Assembly (NCBI GenBank): GCA_964016885.1
Contig: OZ024740.1
Location: 350,858,001 to 350,922,000, forward strand
Reading direction: 5' to 3'
DNA: 64,000 nt
Origin: Eledone cirrhosa
Lineage: Eukaryota
Numbering within the stretch: position 1 is the stretch's first letter; every line of letters starts with the position of its first letter. Below are positions 62,963 to 64,000 of the stretch, in pieces. The position numbers and the translations under genes are program-made. The notes under the pieces were generated by a model, which made no database searches, was not told the DNA's origin, and worked only from the letters and a program-made list of their open reading frames with translations.

Positions 62963-63146
62963 TAATAATTGTTTCTACATTTAGCACAAGGCGAGCAATT
63001 TGAATGGAATGGTAAAGTACTTTATTTTATCGACCTCATAAGGATGAAAAGCAAAGCTAACCTCGGTTGGATTTGAACTCAGAACGTAAAGGGCCATAAC
63101 TAAATAATGCAAAGCATCTTATCCGACGCTCTACCGATTCTACCAT
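62963..63146 (-). mobile_element. Diverged Nin/Deu-core SINE
   Basis: Reverse-complement core and head. Confidence 0.8.
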
Positions 63147-63310
63147 TATTATTTTCTGTAATTGTTAGAAGAATGTTCATTGGTGGTAGTTAAATAATAT
63201 ACTTAGAGAGAAAAGTAAAAAGCATGAAGCGAAAATAATTCGGATGCCACAAAAGTAATTTGTTTTCACGTTAATGGATATGCAATATGTAGGAAAATAC
63301 TTATTATTAT

Positions 63311-63531
63311 TGGTAGATAGGCAGAATCGGTAGATCGTCGGACACCTTACTTCATGGCATAGTTTCCTCTCTTTACGTTCTGAGATCAAATCCCACCGAA
63401 GTTAACTATGCCTTTCATCATTACAAGGTCGATAAAATAAAGTACCAGTAATGCATTGGGGTCGATTTAATCGACATTCCCCTCCTCCCACATTGTTGAC
63501 CTTGTGCCTATACTACAAGTCATTATTATTA
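63311..63531 (+). mobile_element. Diverged Nin/Deu-core SINE
   Basis: ggcagaatcggtag head, core, and att tail. Confidence 0.8.
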
Positions 63532-63696
63532 ACAATTCCTGATGATATGCGGGTGTTATATGTATTGTGTTTTGTGTAAATAATTGTTAAATAACCGTTT
63601 CAGATTGACTTGCTGCTTGCATATGTAAGAATCATTATCACGAACATAGATATTTTAAAAAATGGATTTAATTTGATAACCTTGGTTCTATTCATT

Positions 63697-63731
<35 letters not shown>

Positions 63732-63732
<1 letters not shown>

Positions 63733-63961
63733 GAGGTGTCTCAGAAAACATCCAGGACTGATGTCGCAAAAGATTTATTTCAAACCCAAACTTCACACTA
63801 AGAGTTTTCTCCTTCAAAGTATTCCCCTTGGAGTCTAATGCACTTTTCCATCCTTTTCTGCCACGCTTGCATGCACTCCTGGAAGGATTATTCCGGGATC
63901 CTCCGCAGTTCCGTCGTCACAGCCTTTTAGATGTCGTCCACGTCTTCAAAACGGGTCCCCT
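63732..63961 (-). mobile_element. 3' end of a mariner element
   Basis: Minus-strand translation GTRFEDVDDI*KAVTTELRRIPE*SFQECMQAWQKRMEKCIRLQGEYFEG; TIR adjacent to TA. Confidence 0.85.
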
Positions 63962-64000
63962 CCATTTAATGGAAAGCCATCACTAATTCCAAGCCATACG

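Noticed and set aside
63539-63545. CTGATGA here and at ~62651
   Set aside because: No stem II, GAAA and stem I arrangement follows, so these are not hammerheads.

Overview
This is AT-rich, microsatellite-saturated eukaryotic DNA. It is probably from an octopod cephalopod, inferred only from the tRNA-headed Nin/Deu-core SINE family and the repeat density. No host gene can be supported; the window is a stack of mobile elements. It holds four Tx1/L1-clade LINE copies (gag-like CCHC ORF1 plus APE-RT ORF2): two in tandem in a (GATA)n tract at 2.7-13.6 kb and a chimeric pair in (ATT)n at 36.8-44.5 kb. A ~15 kb head-to-tail array of R4/Dong-like RLE LINEs sits in (TAA)n at 21.5-36.5 kb and includes one intact 1216-aa ORF. 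There are also many SINEs, mariner remnants, non-autonomous Helitrons, a MITE, a Penelope GIY-YIG remnant and several fold-back palindromes, three carrying type I hammerhead ribozyme motifs. The main finding is in the Tx1 elements. All four ORF1s end in AG|GTAAGT, a consensus splice donor overlapping the Arg-stop codons, and all three ORF2s that reach their 3' end finish in TAG|G. ORF2 therefore looks like a spliceosomal intron whose removal rebuilds the ORF1 Arg codon and, in 2 of 3 copies, an immediate stop.
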